Shown in pieces: positions 40,924 through 53,642 of a DNA stretch of 64,000 nucleotides. The notes below the pieces were generated by a model, which saw only the letters and a program-made list of their open reading frames with translations, was not told the origin of the DNA and did no database searches. The position numbers and the translations under genes are program-made. Origin of the DNA: Octopus bimaculoides (taxonomy: Eukaryota); assembly GCF_001194135.2 (NCBI RefSeq), contig NC_068989.1:12726177-12790176 (forward strand), given 5' to 3'. How positions within the stretch are numbered: position 1 is the first letter of the stretch; each line of letters starts with the position of its first letter.

Positions 40924-41436
40924 TTGGGTAATCCCATGAATAATGCGGTCTTTTTTCAATTCCATGAACTAAAAGTCAAACGGGGACGGGATAAACTACC
41001 TATATGAAGTTGCTATAAAAGCAGGTGGTAATTTTACGTTGTCCATATTCTTTGTGCAAATTTTGAAGAGTGCAGTTCGGTTTTCAAAGTTATTTTTAAA
41101 GCTGTAATGAAGTGACAAAGTAAAATATTCGGCCTATTTTGCTTTATGTGTTCAATAAAGGCAACAACGCAACGGAAAATGCAAGGAATATTAATACAGT
41201 AAATAGGGATCGAGCAATAAGCGTAAGTCAGTGTCAACGGTTGTTCCAGAAGTTTCAAGCCGGAAACAACAGCCTAGAAGACGCGCCTCGTCCTGAAAGA
41301 TATTTAGAGCTCGACGAGGACGTGTTGCAAACCCTGGTGGAACAAAATTCCATCGTAACTGTTGAGGAACTAGCAGAGAAGCTTGGATTTGGACATTCAA
41401 CCATTCATCGACACCTGCGTGCTCTTGAACAAGGTG
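40924..41436 (+). pseudogene. 5' part of a mariner transposon (Hsmar1/cecropia-like): left TIR and paired HTH region of the transposase
   Basis: TA|ttgggtaatcccatgaataatgcgg, then IRPILLYVFNKGNNATENARNIN..QRLFQKFQAGNNSLEDAPRP..LVEQNSIVTVEELAEKLGFGHSTIHRHLRAL. The start is frameshifted and the element is truncated before the DDD domain. Confidence 0.92.
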
Positions 41437-41464
41437 CAGATTTCTGTGGAATGCCGACAATCGC

Positions 41465-41642
41465 TGGCCTTGTGCCAAAATTTGAAATCATTCTTTTTAT
41501 TATTATCCGAAGGCAGCTAGCTGCCATGATCGTTAGTACGTCGGGCAGAATGCTTACCGCTATTTCACATTTGTAATCAACTAGTCCACTCCCCAGGAAA
41601 TTTCAGGCCTTGTACCTTTAGAGCAAAATACCATTATTATTA
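41465..41642 (+). mobile_element. SINE family A tail remnant followed by an internally deleted family A copy
   Basis: ggccttgtgccaaaatttgaaatcatt, then aaggcagctagctgcc..atgcttaccgctatttc joined to gtaatcaactagtcc..ggccttgtacc..attattatt. Confidence 0.7.
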
Positions 41643-42796
41643 CTGCCCTCATCATTTTGATGTCCATGGAATAATGGACTATATTATTTATATTAACCGA
41701 ATTATATACAAACCAGCGTAGGCTTTCCACATACACATACACACATACCCACACACACACACACACGTGCACACCTACACCGCACACACTCACACACACG
41801 CACACACTCACACACACGCACACACGATGTAACAGTTATTGAAGTCGAACCATTCTGTGTCATTTCGCATTTAGTCATTTCCTTAAAACGACGACACATC
41901 CACACCCACACAGCTGTTTTTTTGTAACTTCTTCGTGTCTATTTACATTGCTCTTCCCTGATTTGATTAGACACCAAATTATAATTTTTGTTATCTGATT
42001 TTTATATTTCTCTTATTTATGACAGTGTTATTTTGAAGGAATATATTGCTATTTTGCCGCTGTTGTTGTTGATCTCTTCTCAATTTGTTGTAGTTGTATT
42101 GTTGTTTCTTTCATTTGTTTATCATTCTTTATTTCACATTTATCGTATACTGTCTTGGTTAACTATTATGTTTGTTGTTATGCTTTGGCTGTTATCCTTC
42201 CTTCTTATTATTCTTGATTTAATTGTCAGTGTTCATTATTGTATTGAAATTGTTATTTTTATTGCTTCCATACCATACTCTCTATATAATAAATGTTTTT
42301 TTTTTGTTTTCTATTAATATTGTTTGAATAGTTTCTACTGCTATTGTCTATTCTGTCATGTAAATTGTTTTGCTAATAAGAGTTGTATTTGATAGTGTAC
42401 ACATCCTAAAGACTACTGTTGTGTTGTTGATGTTGTTGATATTGATCATGATAATTATTATTGCCGAAATATTAATATATATTATCTCCATATTCCGTTT
42501 CCTTGTAAAGGGGGTGTATTTGATTCATCATTTAATTCTTTTTGTTGGCGTTGTTGTTATTACTCAGGACCAGATCTAATCAGATCGACAATGTTTATTA
42601 GTGATGGCGTTATAATCATACACATCACATGTTTGTGCTTTTTTGGTACATCCGGAATTGCTTTGTACGAGAAGTCACCTCCGTCATTTACAGAGTATAA
42701 AGCTGATATGTGACTGATGTTTAGAGGAATGAGCGATTGAGAAGAGGTTACAGCATACGACATACATAGGGTGAAAATGATTTGTGAAGGGGTAGT

Positions 42797-43290
42797 AGTT
42801 GTCCTAAGCCACTTTGGCTATTACCCCCAGCTATGGTCACCAACCAGTGTAAAATTAACTGCAGAACTTTAGGCAATCCAATGAAGTTACAAGAAGATAC
42901 CCTCTATACAGCATATAAGCTACTGGGAAAAGCTCAGGAGATTGAGAATCTATTCCCTGGAGAGTTAGATGGGAAAGATATGCCGTAATATACACCTGGG
43001 AGATCCTGGAGGGATTTGTCCCAAACTTTGAGAGTTACATTGAAGCTAGAACAGGGCGCCATTGCATAGTGTCAAAGTCTTCGACTTTGCTACCAAGATA
43101 TAGGACAATATATTGCAGTAGCCTGAGATTTAAAGGGCCCACACCTCTTCAGTATCCTCCCAAAGGAACTCAGAGACCTACACGAGGTCTTCAAAACAAA
43201 ACTAGATCTCTTATTGTCAAGAGTCCCAGATAAACCAACTTCATAAAAGGAAGTGCAAATGAGAGCAGCAGCGTCGAACTCCCTCAAAAC
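42797..43290 (+). pseudogene. CR1/L2-group LINE, 3' end of ORF2
   Basis: Translates to VLSHFGYYPQLWSPTSVKLTAEL*AIQ..ISYWEKLRRLRIYSLE..YAVIYTWEILEGFVPN..GP..FSILPKELRDLH..FKTKLDLLLSRVPDKP. Confidence 0.85.
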
Positions 43291-44192
43291 TTCTAAAAAC
43301 TATTAGTGAAGTAAAAATTTTGTAGCAACACCATCTCAAACGGCTTGTGAGCTGAAACCAGTTTAATTCAATTCAATTTCAATTCCATTCATATATCATC
43401 TGAGAAGAGATTGGAAACCTATTTCTGGTAGGCCAGAATCTTCGTATATTATTTCTTCTTCAGTCCAGAGCATAACAGTGATGCATATGTTGTTACTGAT
43501 TTGTACAGTGTGGATTGATAACATCTTCTTTTTCAAATTAGGTAAGTTAATTCACTCAATAAGATTAGAGACATATTAGTAACGGACTTAATGAATTTAC
43601 GACGAGAGTTTGCAGTTTAAAAATCAAGGTAGAGAAATAACCAGTCTCGCTAGCACTATGCTTCTGCATCGCAATAACATTTATTAGCTGTTTATGAACT
43701 TCTATATAGAGCACATCTATAATTAATTTAAACTTATAAATCAATAGTTGATAGTCTAGTATTCCACACATGGTTAGAATAGCCATTTCGGTACTAATTC
43801 TCTATTACCATGACACCTAATGAGTCCAATAGTGTCAGGTTTAGCGTTGGAATCATTATTTAAAGAGAGTCTATTTCAATTGACCAATATTATATGAACG
43901 CAAAGGCATTTCGTATATTATGGTTGTTGACAGTATTAGTAATTGCCCGTCATCGTCGCGTCTGCTTTAAAGATATTAGGATATATTAGTTCTGCTGATG
44001 GCGTTATTCTTTTCAATTTAAACTAGAGTAATCATGGAGAAAGAAATACATCGAAGTTTTAATTATGTATTAGGTATTGTCATTATCATTATCACCATCA
44101 CACGATTAAAATATATCCGTTATCAAACTAGGGCTTTGGTATTGATTTTATATACACATAGCAGATTCTCTTGCGTATGTGTATATATAAAA

Positions 44193-44675
44193 CTGGGGTA
44201 CCCAAAAGAAACCCGAATTTTGCAATATTATTTTGTTTATTTAGTTTTACATATTTACCCTTTTATCACCTTCTAAGTATTCTCCATTTGAAGCAATGCA
44301 TCGGTCCGGATGCGTTTTCCACTGTTCAAAGCAGTGCTGGAACTCTTGTGAAGTGATGCCTTTTAACGTTCCTGTCGTTTATTCTTCGCCTCTTCCACAT
44401 CCGAAAATTCGACACCAGTGATGATCTTTTTTTTTAAAAAAAAAAAGGTCCGGATCAATTTCCAACCGTTCTTTCAGTTCACGACACGCTTTCAGTCGTG
44501 ACTGCTTTTGATCTTCCATGAGCAAGCGAAGCACACATTTTGCTGCAACTATTTTCATCCGCAATTTCTAGATCAAAGTTCGTTGGCAGGAGCTCCAGGT
44601 CACACCAGTCATATCAACAAGTTCGTCAGTTGTTTGGCAACGGTTCTCCACGATCAGTTAATAGATAATTCGCTC
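44193..44675 (-). pseudogene. Mariner (irritans-like) remnant with the catalytic core deleted and the right TIR at ~44193-44222
   Basis: LIVENRCQTTDELVDMTGVTWSSCQR..LRMKIVAAKCVLRLLMEDQKQSRLKACRELKERLEIDPD..KIITG is joined to EFSDVEEAK..LKGITSQEFQHCFEQWKTHPDRCIASNGEYLEGD. Confidence 0.88.
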
Positions 44676-45670
44676 TAAAGTTGTAGCCAAAGAACATAAT
44701 TGTATACATGCATACTGACAGTTAGACAAAGACACAGACACACACAGACACACACACACATATACACACATACATATATCGTTCAGCCTTCATTATGCAT
44801 GCTAGGCTTATAAGGTGCATTTCTGCATTGTATTTATTGTGCGATATCATTTAATCACCGACTACAGAAACATATGTACCAGATGCATTAGTCGCAGAAG
44901 AAATTAAAGCCCATGTTGTTTTTCTCTGCTATATATACAAAGAAAGAGAGGGGTAGATTGCTAGAAGTGTTTGGTCGATCAATACATCATGAAGCTACAA
45001 AATATTTTAAAACTAAATCTATTCAGAGTTAAATGAAACCTCCTAAAATATAAACTCACGCATAGAAATACATAGTTAGCTAGTCACCATCTTGTTGTCA
45101 ATAAAATCATGAATTTCAACGATGAGAATATTAATATTTATAAATTCGTTTGGGGGTCCAATATAGAGGTTTGCTGAGAAAGTGCTTGAAAATGTGTTCC
45201 CTTTATCTTTCTTGGGAATATTACATCAAAGGCGGGTTCTTTCAACTTTGAAGGAGAATTGATAAAATATTTTAGACATTTGCTTCGATACTAATTGAAA
45301 TATTTCCAGCTATTAGCTAATGAAAATAGCTTATCTCTCAACTAATTGATTTTCTGTACGCTAAATGATGAGTATATAATGAAGACAAGGCATTTTGATA
45401 TTCATCGACACTAAACCATCATCACCAGTAATTAAATTTGATGTCTTCGGCGGTATAGCAGTAGTGAGAACAGGAATACCATGCATTTGTATCTTGGATT
45501 CGTTTTAATATAATGATATATTTCTGGTTTTCCTGCAGTAATACAAAACAATTAAAATTCCGTATATTACTATATTTCGGGATGGTTATCTTTTTCTTGC
45601 CAAATAAGCACGTGCACTGTATATTTGTTCTTCACTTGGGATTTATTATTGTTCTTATTTTATGTTCTTT

Positions 45671-45716
45671 GTCTGGAAATTTTTCGTCACAAAATCTGTG
45701 ACCTCTTCAGCAACTC
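45671..45716 (-). ncRNA. Candidate isolated minimal type-I hammerhead ribozyme
   Basis: gaguug CUGAAGA g GUCACA gauuu UGUGAC GAAA-aauuu-C cagac. Stem II is 6 bp, but stem I is only about 3 bp. Confidence 0.25.
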
Positions 45717-46486
45717 TCCATCTCTCGCGTCTCCTTGGTAAGTATAAAAATAACCATCCCCAAATATAACAATCTCTGTTTTAACATACGACTTAATGTC
45801 AAGAATGTTGCAAAACAAATACATAAACGTAAAAATTGCCCATTTTTTATCTTCGATCTCATTGTTTGCTTCATCTGGCGTCTTGGTTAGAAACGAAGTC
45901 AGTCCTGGCCATAATTTCTTTAGAAAATCTGTAAAGATACGCTTAACAAGAGCACTGCTAACACAGTAGAACACGGTGTTAACTTATAAAGTTGTTTAAG
46001 ATACTTTGTAGTATATTAGGCTTGCATAACGAAATGCCGTGTCCCTACAAGTCATTAAAAATAACAAATTCATAATTTTTTTTTTTACCTGCTCGGAATG
46101 AGGAGTAGATAGGCAGCCCACAGCAGACGAAGCGTCGTTCTTTATGTTACTTGTCCTGTTTTCCATTTCTTTCTCTCGTCGTTTGAGTATTGAACTCATT
46201 TACATTCGTATTTCATATTTCATGTTACTGTTTGGTGAGGTCGTGTACCCATATATACGCGCGTGTGTATATATATGCATATGTATATATTATTTAAAGT
46301 TTTGATATATAACCAAGGGGATCGATCCATAAGGCGTCTACTCTAGACCTTTGGGGAGAAATCTCTTGCTATTTTGGTAGCGATTACATGTTTATCTCAT
46401 CAACACATTGTGGAGATATCATCATATGAACAAATATATATATATATTCATTTAAAATACAGAGATGCCTGTAATAGGACATCTAA

Positions 46487-46665
46487 CCCGCTAGAAATAG
46501 CAGCAAGGCTACATACCACAAAAAGTAGGGATAATGTTTATCTTACTAAAATTGACTTGAAACCATGGTACAGAATATAGATCGGTAAATGTTTTTATTT
46601 TTCATTCCCTTTCGAAATTATCCCTACTTTTTGTGGTATGTAGTCTTGCTGCTATTTCTAGCGGG
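46487..46665. mobile_element. MITE with 49-bp TIRs beginning CCCG, piggyBac-like (CTAA / TTA. flanks)
   Basis: cccgctagaaatagcagcaaggctacataccacaaaaagtagggataat and its reverse complement differ by one mismatch. Confidence 0.9.
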
Positions 46666-47622
46666 TTANNNNNNNNNNNNNNNNNNNNNNNNNNNNNNNN
46701 NNNNNNNNNNNNNNNNNNNNNNNNNNNNNNNNNNNNNNNNNNNNNNNNNNNNNNNNNNNNNNNNNNNNNNNNNNNNNNNNNNTATATATATTATTTATAT
46801 TATATTTTCTATATATATATGTATATATATATATATATCTGCGTATGAAAACATATGTGCGTGCTTGTCTATGCGGGTGCTTGCATGTGGCATTGCCTTC
46901 AATCTTTGTCCTTACAGTCTACGATTTCGTTCCAAAATCAATCCTGGTTGAAATATATCTTTCTTCATTTCGCAACGACTAAACACCTTAGCATTTCAAT
47001 CCGGTCAAGTGGGGGAACCTTGAGCATCTGACAAAATGACACATTCTTTCCCGTCTGCTCTCGGAAATTAAAATCCACTTTCAGAGATATGAAAATGCTC
47101 GAGCTCTTTGCAACCTGGACTTCCAAATATGGTCTATGTTTTTGAGAAGTCCCCAAGCAAGCATCTGCATTAACCAGTTGTTTAACGGTTAGGAAAGAAC
47201 GCCATGAATCAGGAAAGACTGCAAGTTAACATCATGGAGACGAGTAGTGTGTATTAAAATCTGGTACTTCGATAAGTCTACTGCTTTAATATGGCTGATA
47301 TTAGTAATTTTTGCACAGTTAGTACATGCATATATAGCAGACCGAAAAATCGATGCCACTGTCACTCCTGGTCTTCCGAAAGTTTAATAAAACTCTTCTC
47401 AACCAAGGGCATTCAGTAATTCTTCCATTTCATATTAAATTGTTTATATATTAATTCACATACAGACATATATGCGCGAGCGTGTGTGTATAATATATAC
47501 ACACGCATTTCTGTTGACGCATATATCTGCATATATGTGCATATATATATATATATATGTGTGTGTATGCGTGTGTGTGTGCGTGTGTGTGTGTGTATTT
47601 ACAAATATATCTATATATACAA

Positions 47623-47657
<35 letters not shown>

Positions 47658-48200
47658 NNNNNNNNNNNNNNNNNNNNNNNNNNNNNNNNNNNNNNNNNNN
47701 NNNNNNNNNNNNNNNNNNNNNNNNNNNNNNNNNNNNNNNNNNNNNNNNNNNNNNNNNNNNNNNNNNNNNNNNNNNNNNNNNNNNNNNNNNNNNNNNNNNN
47801 NNNNNNNNNNNNNNNNNNNNNNNNNNNNNNNNNNNNNNNNNNNNNNNNNNNNNNNNNNNNNNNNNNNNNNNNNNNNNNNNNNNNNNNNNNNNNNNNNNNN
47901 NNNNNNNNNNNNNNNNNNNNNNNNNNNNNNNNNNNNNNNNNNNNNNNNNNNNNNNNNNNNNNNNNNNNNNNNNNNNNNNNNNNNNNNNNNNNNNNNNNNN
48001 NNNNNNNNNNNNNNNNNNNNNNNNNNNNNNNNNNNNNNNNNNNNNNNNNNNNNNNNNNNNNNNNNNNNNNNNNNNNNNNNNNNNNNNNNNNNNNNNNNNN
48101 NNNNNNNNNNNNNNNNNNNNNNNNNNNNNNNNNNNNNNNNNNNNNNNNNNNNNNNNNNNNNNNNNNNNNNNNNNNNNNNNNNNNNNNNNNNNNNNNNNNN

Positions 48201-48243
<43 letters not shown>

Positions 48244-48544
48244 GAGAGAAGGAGTCAGATACATTTATATCATTCGGCGTTAAACCTACCCACCAGCCTT
48301 CCGTCATGCCTTTGTATCAGAACACATTTTGATTTTCGTTTATTTTTCTTGTGATATCTTTGCAAAAGCCAGCCGTAGTCGTTGTGTCTCGTGTTTGTTA
48401 CCGATTAAAAGGGACACAAAATCTGGGTCTCTAAATGAAATGCTTCTCCAAATTATAACAAAAACATTCTCTTTGCATTCTTTTTCTAACACAGACTAAC
48501 TTCAAAATTTTCACCCACTAACCTACTCATTATTGTTATTATTC

Positions 48545-48633
48545 TTATAAATGTGTTGTTGTTGTTGTTGTTATTATTATCATCATTATGATTATTGTTA
48601 TCATCATCATCATCATCATTATTATTATTATTG

Positions 48634-48695
<62 letters not shown>

Positions 48696-48700
48696 GGCAT
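48545..48700. repeat. (TTG)n/(CAT)n/(TTA)n microsatellite
   Basis: Seen directly. Confidence 0.97.
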
Positions 48701-49362
48701 TGCTTGTTTACAGTTTGGTTCCCTAAACACCTACAACATTACACTTTCATCACTGTGTTGATTTATCAATCTTGATGGGAATATGTTTTCCCACTTATCC
48801 CACGTTCCCCATCTCTTAAACGTATATCCCCTCTTCTCTCCAGTTGCCTTCATCATTCAACCTCCCCCCCCCCCGACTCCTTGCTTCCTTTTTATTTGTC
48901 CTCCCCTCTGCTTCACAGCCTCTTCCATTACCCTCGCCATCTTGTATCTTCTTCCTTTTCGTCATCCCAAAACTTTTGTTTCGGTTATTCATCGCCCACG
49001 CATTAAAATGTAATTGTACGCATATTCATTTTTTTTTTTTACTTGTTCCCGGTAAGCACCCACCACAAGCCACTCCACCCGGCAACACAAATACTTGTCA
49101 CCCTCTATTCATCTCCAACTAACATAATTATCCTTGTCATATTTCACTATCCTCAACCTTATTGGTACTAAATTTATCTAACATCATCATCGTTATCCAA
49201 ATCACTGCAGATATTAAAAATAAATGATTATGATATATAAGCACAAGGCAGCACAGTAAAGAAGGGAGACAGAGTTTACTAACTTGACTAAATGCAATAT
49301 GACTGCTCGATCTGGAAGGGTGACTACCAAAACTGGCTAAGGCTATTATGCCAGCCTTCAGC

Positions 49363-49423
<61 letters not shown>

Positions 49424-49624
49424 CACGCGAGATGCAATGTACAGGATTCAGAAAGAACCACAGAGGAAACATTGTATGATGTGGAAAGAGGCAATAAGGA
49501 CATCGTACTTGTTGAAATGTTAAAAGAAAACAGTTTTACTGTGAATGCAATTGACACATGAAGTATACCGATATGTAAAAAGACGTACGAGACTAGACAT
49601 ACCTGAGAAGAAAAGGTTGTTATA

Positions 49625-49751
49625 CAGGATGTCCACAAGGCCTGGCTACATGGAGTAAATAAAATCATAACATAAGCAATTAAATATAAGAAATGATTAT
49701 TTCTTAAAGTATGTGTTAATCACCATGTACACAGACTTTGTGGACACTCTG
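49625..49751. mobile_element. 127-bp Tc1/mariner-type MITE with TA duplication
   Basis: TA|caggatgtccacaaggcctggctacatgg ... ccatgtacacagactttgtggacactctg|TA, with imperfect TIRs. Confidence 0.8.
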
Positions 49752-49769
49752 TAGTTGCAACAGTAAAGA

Positions 49770-50010
49770 TTTATAGGGGAGACAACCCATCATGTAAGTT
49801 AGAGTCTGGAGCGTATGAATGCTAAAAAGAACAACCTAGTGGTTCTTTTTAGGATGCAGTCGAGGAACCAGGTATATAGTCCAGTATCGTTCCAGATGTG
49901 TGATCAGAATTCCTGTATGTCCCACTCGAGCCTTGTAGAATATCTGCAGCTTTTTGGGGTGAAGTATCTTCTGGTCCTTAAGATAGTAACTACTAATGAG
50001 GTATTGTCGT
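49770..50010 (-). pseudogene. Decayed CR1-group (Zenon-like) LINE RT-thumb fragment
   Basis: Translates, with frameshifts, to RRYFTPK.LQIFYKARVGHT.EF*SHIWN....FLDCILKRTTRL, matching the YFTP.QLL.LYKAQVRP.MEYCSHIW pattern. Confidence 0.6.
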
Positions 50011-51379
50011 ATACTTAGCATATACTTATCATGAGATATGCTGAGTATGTGCATTTGTCTAGCGAAATATTCAGTAAGGCTGAGACCCAACGTTAGTGAT
50101 TTTGAAATGATCGAAGCAATATGATAAAAAAAACTCGATAGATATAATGAATAAATGAATTAATATAATTGTGAAGCACTAAACTACAAATATGTTTAAG
50201 AAGAAAAGAGACGGTCCCATTATTGATGTTATTAATGAATATTGTAACAATATGAGTATGAGGTAATATATATATTAAATGAATGGCTTGGAAAAAGATT
50301 GAGAAACGCAAAAAAAAGAGGAAAAAATTATAATAATAATCATAATGAATAAATCGCAAAAAATGGATTAATGTTTGCATTTACAACATGTTTTATCAAA
50401 GAATAACTAAAGTAAGAAATATTGAAAGAAAATAGAAAGGATATGGAAAGTTTTTATTTGATACGTATATTGAGATCAATAAGTAAATGAAAAACAAAAA
50501 TTATATACAAATATGAAAACAAGACATCAGAAATTATGAGAGAAAAATAAATAAACCTCTATGGACATGGAATACGTTAATTTTAACCAACTAGAGAATG
50601 ATAGAGAAAGTTTTTTGTCAATAAGAAAAGGAAGAAAGTCTTAAAAAATGTTTGACGATAGACTAGTAAAGAGAGAAAAATAGTATTTTCCCCTTTCAAA
50701 ATATAATGAGTATAGCAAAGCTGAAATGCAGTGATAAATAACCCAAAATGAATATGACTAAATTACAGTAGAACAATGACATTGCAATACCAAGATGAGC
50801 AAATCAAAATTAAAGAGAAAAATAAAGGATAGGTATTGTTGATAAATGAAGCTTCAAAGGCTTGTTTTTTTTTTATATGTAAAGAAAGTGACATTAGCCA
50901 TGTGTTATATGGTAAGAACGCAAGTAATGTTATGTAATGTCATGAATATATGGAACACAGTAAACTCTAACAAATGAATACAAAAGAAAAGAGCTTTGAT
51001 GTGCCCATTTAATAATGTACGACTTTAAACACATAGACACACACATAGTTATCTATATTCAATATACAGCAAAACTTTTTTCTGGTTTACCATAAAAATA
51101 TACCGCACACAAACACATATACACACACACAACGCAAATGAGCGACTAGAAATAATTTAGAGTGGCCGGTGGCATGTAGACGAACATGGACAAATGCAAT
51201 TATATCAAAGACATCACAACATAAGTTTTTGGTTTATTAAAATTAACTCTGTCTCTAGTTACTGTGTCAATATTACGAAATAACAATTGCGAAGAGTTGC
51301 AACTGAGAAAGGTAAATAATCCAGGAGTCAAGATTTCTCCTGTTTACGTGCCATGAACGAAATTGATAGGTTTGTTTGG

Positions 51380-52050
51380 AGATAAGAGGATAGTGTTGAA
51401 CACAAGCTTCTGCTACGCTAGGTACCATCAGCACGATAACTGTCCTAACCTGGCTCCAGTGGCTAAGGGAAATAACCTCTTCCAGCTAAGAAGCATCTAC
51501 AAGAAGTGTTGTACTGAGCTCAGAAATTTCAATGTTATAATTATGTAGAACATACTGAGGTTACAGTTTTGAGGTGGAGTCGTTATCTTGGAGGACATTC
51601 CATAAACCAAGGTTCAATATTCTTTGCTGCATTTTATGTTAGATTTTTGACTACGGCACCGAGTGACCAGAGAGCTGCAGAAGGGCAAGTAATATTTAGG
51701 ACTCTTTTTAACGACCGTCTTCCATTGCATAGGGAAATCAGTGATGTATTTAAATAGATCTACCTTGGCATTAATAGAGAAAACAGGCAGCAAATTTGCC
51801 CAACGTTATGTGCAAGAAAGGCCAATAGTGAATACTCGCCACTTTATGGAGCTTCACCTGGAGGCTACTATAAACATCATTTACTTGTTCATGCCGCCTT
51901 AGCTCTCTCGCCAGAAAGCATGTGAACATGCGTTTGGTAGAATGGGGAGTGACGGCAGACATCCGGAACTTATAACTGTTAAGTTAACCACAGGAAGATT
52001 ATGTCTGTAGTGATGACACTCATGTTGGGCCAGGCACAGTTTCCGGAAAT
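51380..52050 (-). pseudogene. Decayed RTE-clade LINE 5' region: putative UTR plus start of the APE endonuclease
   Basis: One frame reads ILNLGLWNVLQDN....VLHNYNIEISELSTTLLVDAS*LEEV, matching L.IG.WNVRTL...YNIDIAALSETRLA..GQL.EV. The boundaries are uncertain. Confidence 0.55.
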
Positions 52051-52637
52051 TCTGTGTTACTAGAAATGTTGTCAAACAATCAATGAAACACGTAAATCAA
52101 ACTTAACTTATCCGATGTTTGTAGCCTTCAGCACTAATTAGAGTCCTACCTGATGATTTCAATCGCAACATGTTCTGCAACCGAATGATCCTTCAACAAA
52201 TCTCCAGCTAGCTCAAAATGTTTTAAGTTGACGTAAATATAAAAAAAACCAAGATAAACGCAAGATGAACCTACCTACTTACCAACCTACCTACCTACCT
52301 ACCTACCTACATGACAACCTGTCTACCTACATATCCGTCTACCTACCTGTCTGTTTACCATTCTGTCTGTCTATTTGTTCGTGTATCTATCTATATATAT
52401 ATATATATATATATNNNNNNNNNNNNNNNNNNNNNNNNNNNNNNNNNNNNNNNNNNNNNNNNNNNNNNNNNNNNNNNNNNNNNNNNNNNNNNNNNNNNNN
52501 NNNNNNNNNNNNNNNNNNNNNNNNNNNNNNNNNNNNNNNNNNNNNNNNNNNNNNNNNNNNNNNNNNNNNNNNNNNNNNNNNNNNNNNNNNNNNNNNNNNN
52601 NNNNNNNNNNNNNNNNNNNNNNNNNNNNNNNNNNNNN

Positions 52638-52672
<35 letters not shown>

Positions 52673-53175
52673 GTGCATAGAGAAAAGCTCTGAAGCCACA
52701 ATGACCCACTATTCAATGTTCACCTTCAATTCCTTCAATGATATGTGAATGCATTTTAGATACCAGTATTCGTTTCTAAAACGCAGCGCTAGATTTATAT
52801 TGCCACTTTATCTCCACAATATTTGCAGCAATTCAAAGTGATATTTGGCTGCCAGCTTAAAGAGTGTTTATTATCTTGATAAAAATCATTGGCAGACAAC
52901 TTAAGAGTGAAAAAGTTGAATCAAGAAATTCCATCTTGAACGGTATATTGGCAACTAAAATATGACTTTTCAGCACAAGTAAGGCAATATGATCGATAGG
53001 AAGATAATTTGGAGGAAATAATCGGTAACAGTGTTTCGCAAAAGCTTTTAAACACTGCAAAGCTTTGCAAAGAAAGCCATTTACAATGGTCAATAAGTTT
53101 CATTTATATATTATCTTGACGTCAAATCATGGCGTTTGCTTCTCTAAGAAGCTTAATGCCCTCTCAAAAGCTTAA

Positions 53176-53405
53176 AGGCGGTGAGCTGGCAGAAACGTTA
53201 GCACGCTGGGCGAAATACTCAGCGGTATTTCGTTTGCCGTTACGTTCAGAGTTCAAATTCCGACGAGGTCGACGTTGCCTTTCATCTTTTCGGGGTCGAT
53301 AAATTAAGTATCAGCTACGCACTGGGGTCGATGTAATCGACTTAACCTATTTGCCTGTCCTTGTTTGTGCCCTCTATGTTTAGCCCCTTGTAGGCAATAA
53401 AGAAA
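53176..53405 (+). mobile_element. SINE family A, full length, A1 tail, 19-bp target-site duplication
   Basis: taagaagcttaatgccctc occurs at 53145-53163 and 53406-53424. Confidence 0.95.
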
Positions 53406-53642
53406 TAAGAAGCTTAATGCCCTCGCGCTTGACAGAACCGAGAGGTTTCAATTTTAATAAATGCAAAAGTGCTAGGACATTGACTGACGAAGACATCGGC
53501 TGGTAATGGTCCATGTATCATGCTTTTGTCCAGTTTCCTGTTTGTTATGTTATCATCTAGTTTTTCGAATGATTTTTGTTGGATTTCCGCTTGGTGTGTT
53601 TACTTCCTGTGTTCTTTCTGTTCAATCCTGGATTCATATATA

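Noticed and set aside
45687-45974. 95-aa minus-strand ORF (..FLKKLWPGLTSFLTKTPDE..)
   Set aside because: It has no recognisable domain, a non-ATG start and ambiguous splice sites.
53485-53525. CTGACGA followed by a weak hairpin
   Set aside because: There is no GAAA after the stem, so it is not a hammerhead.
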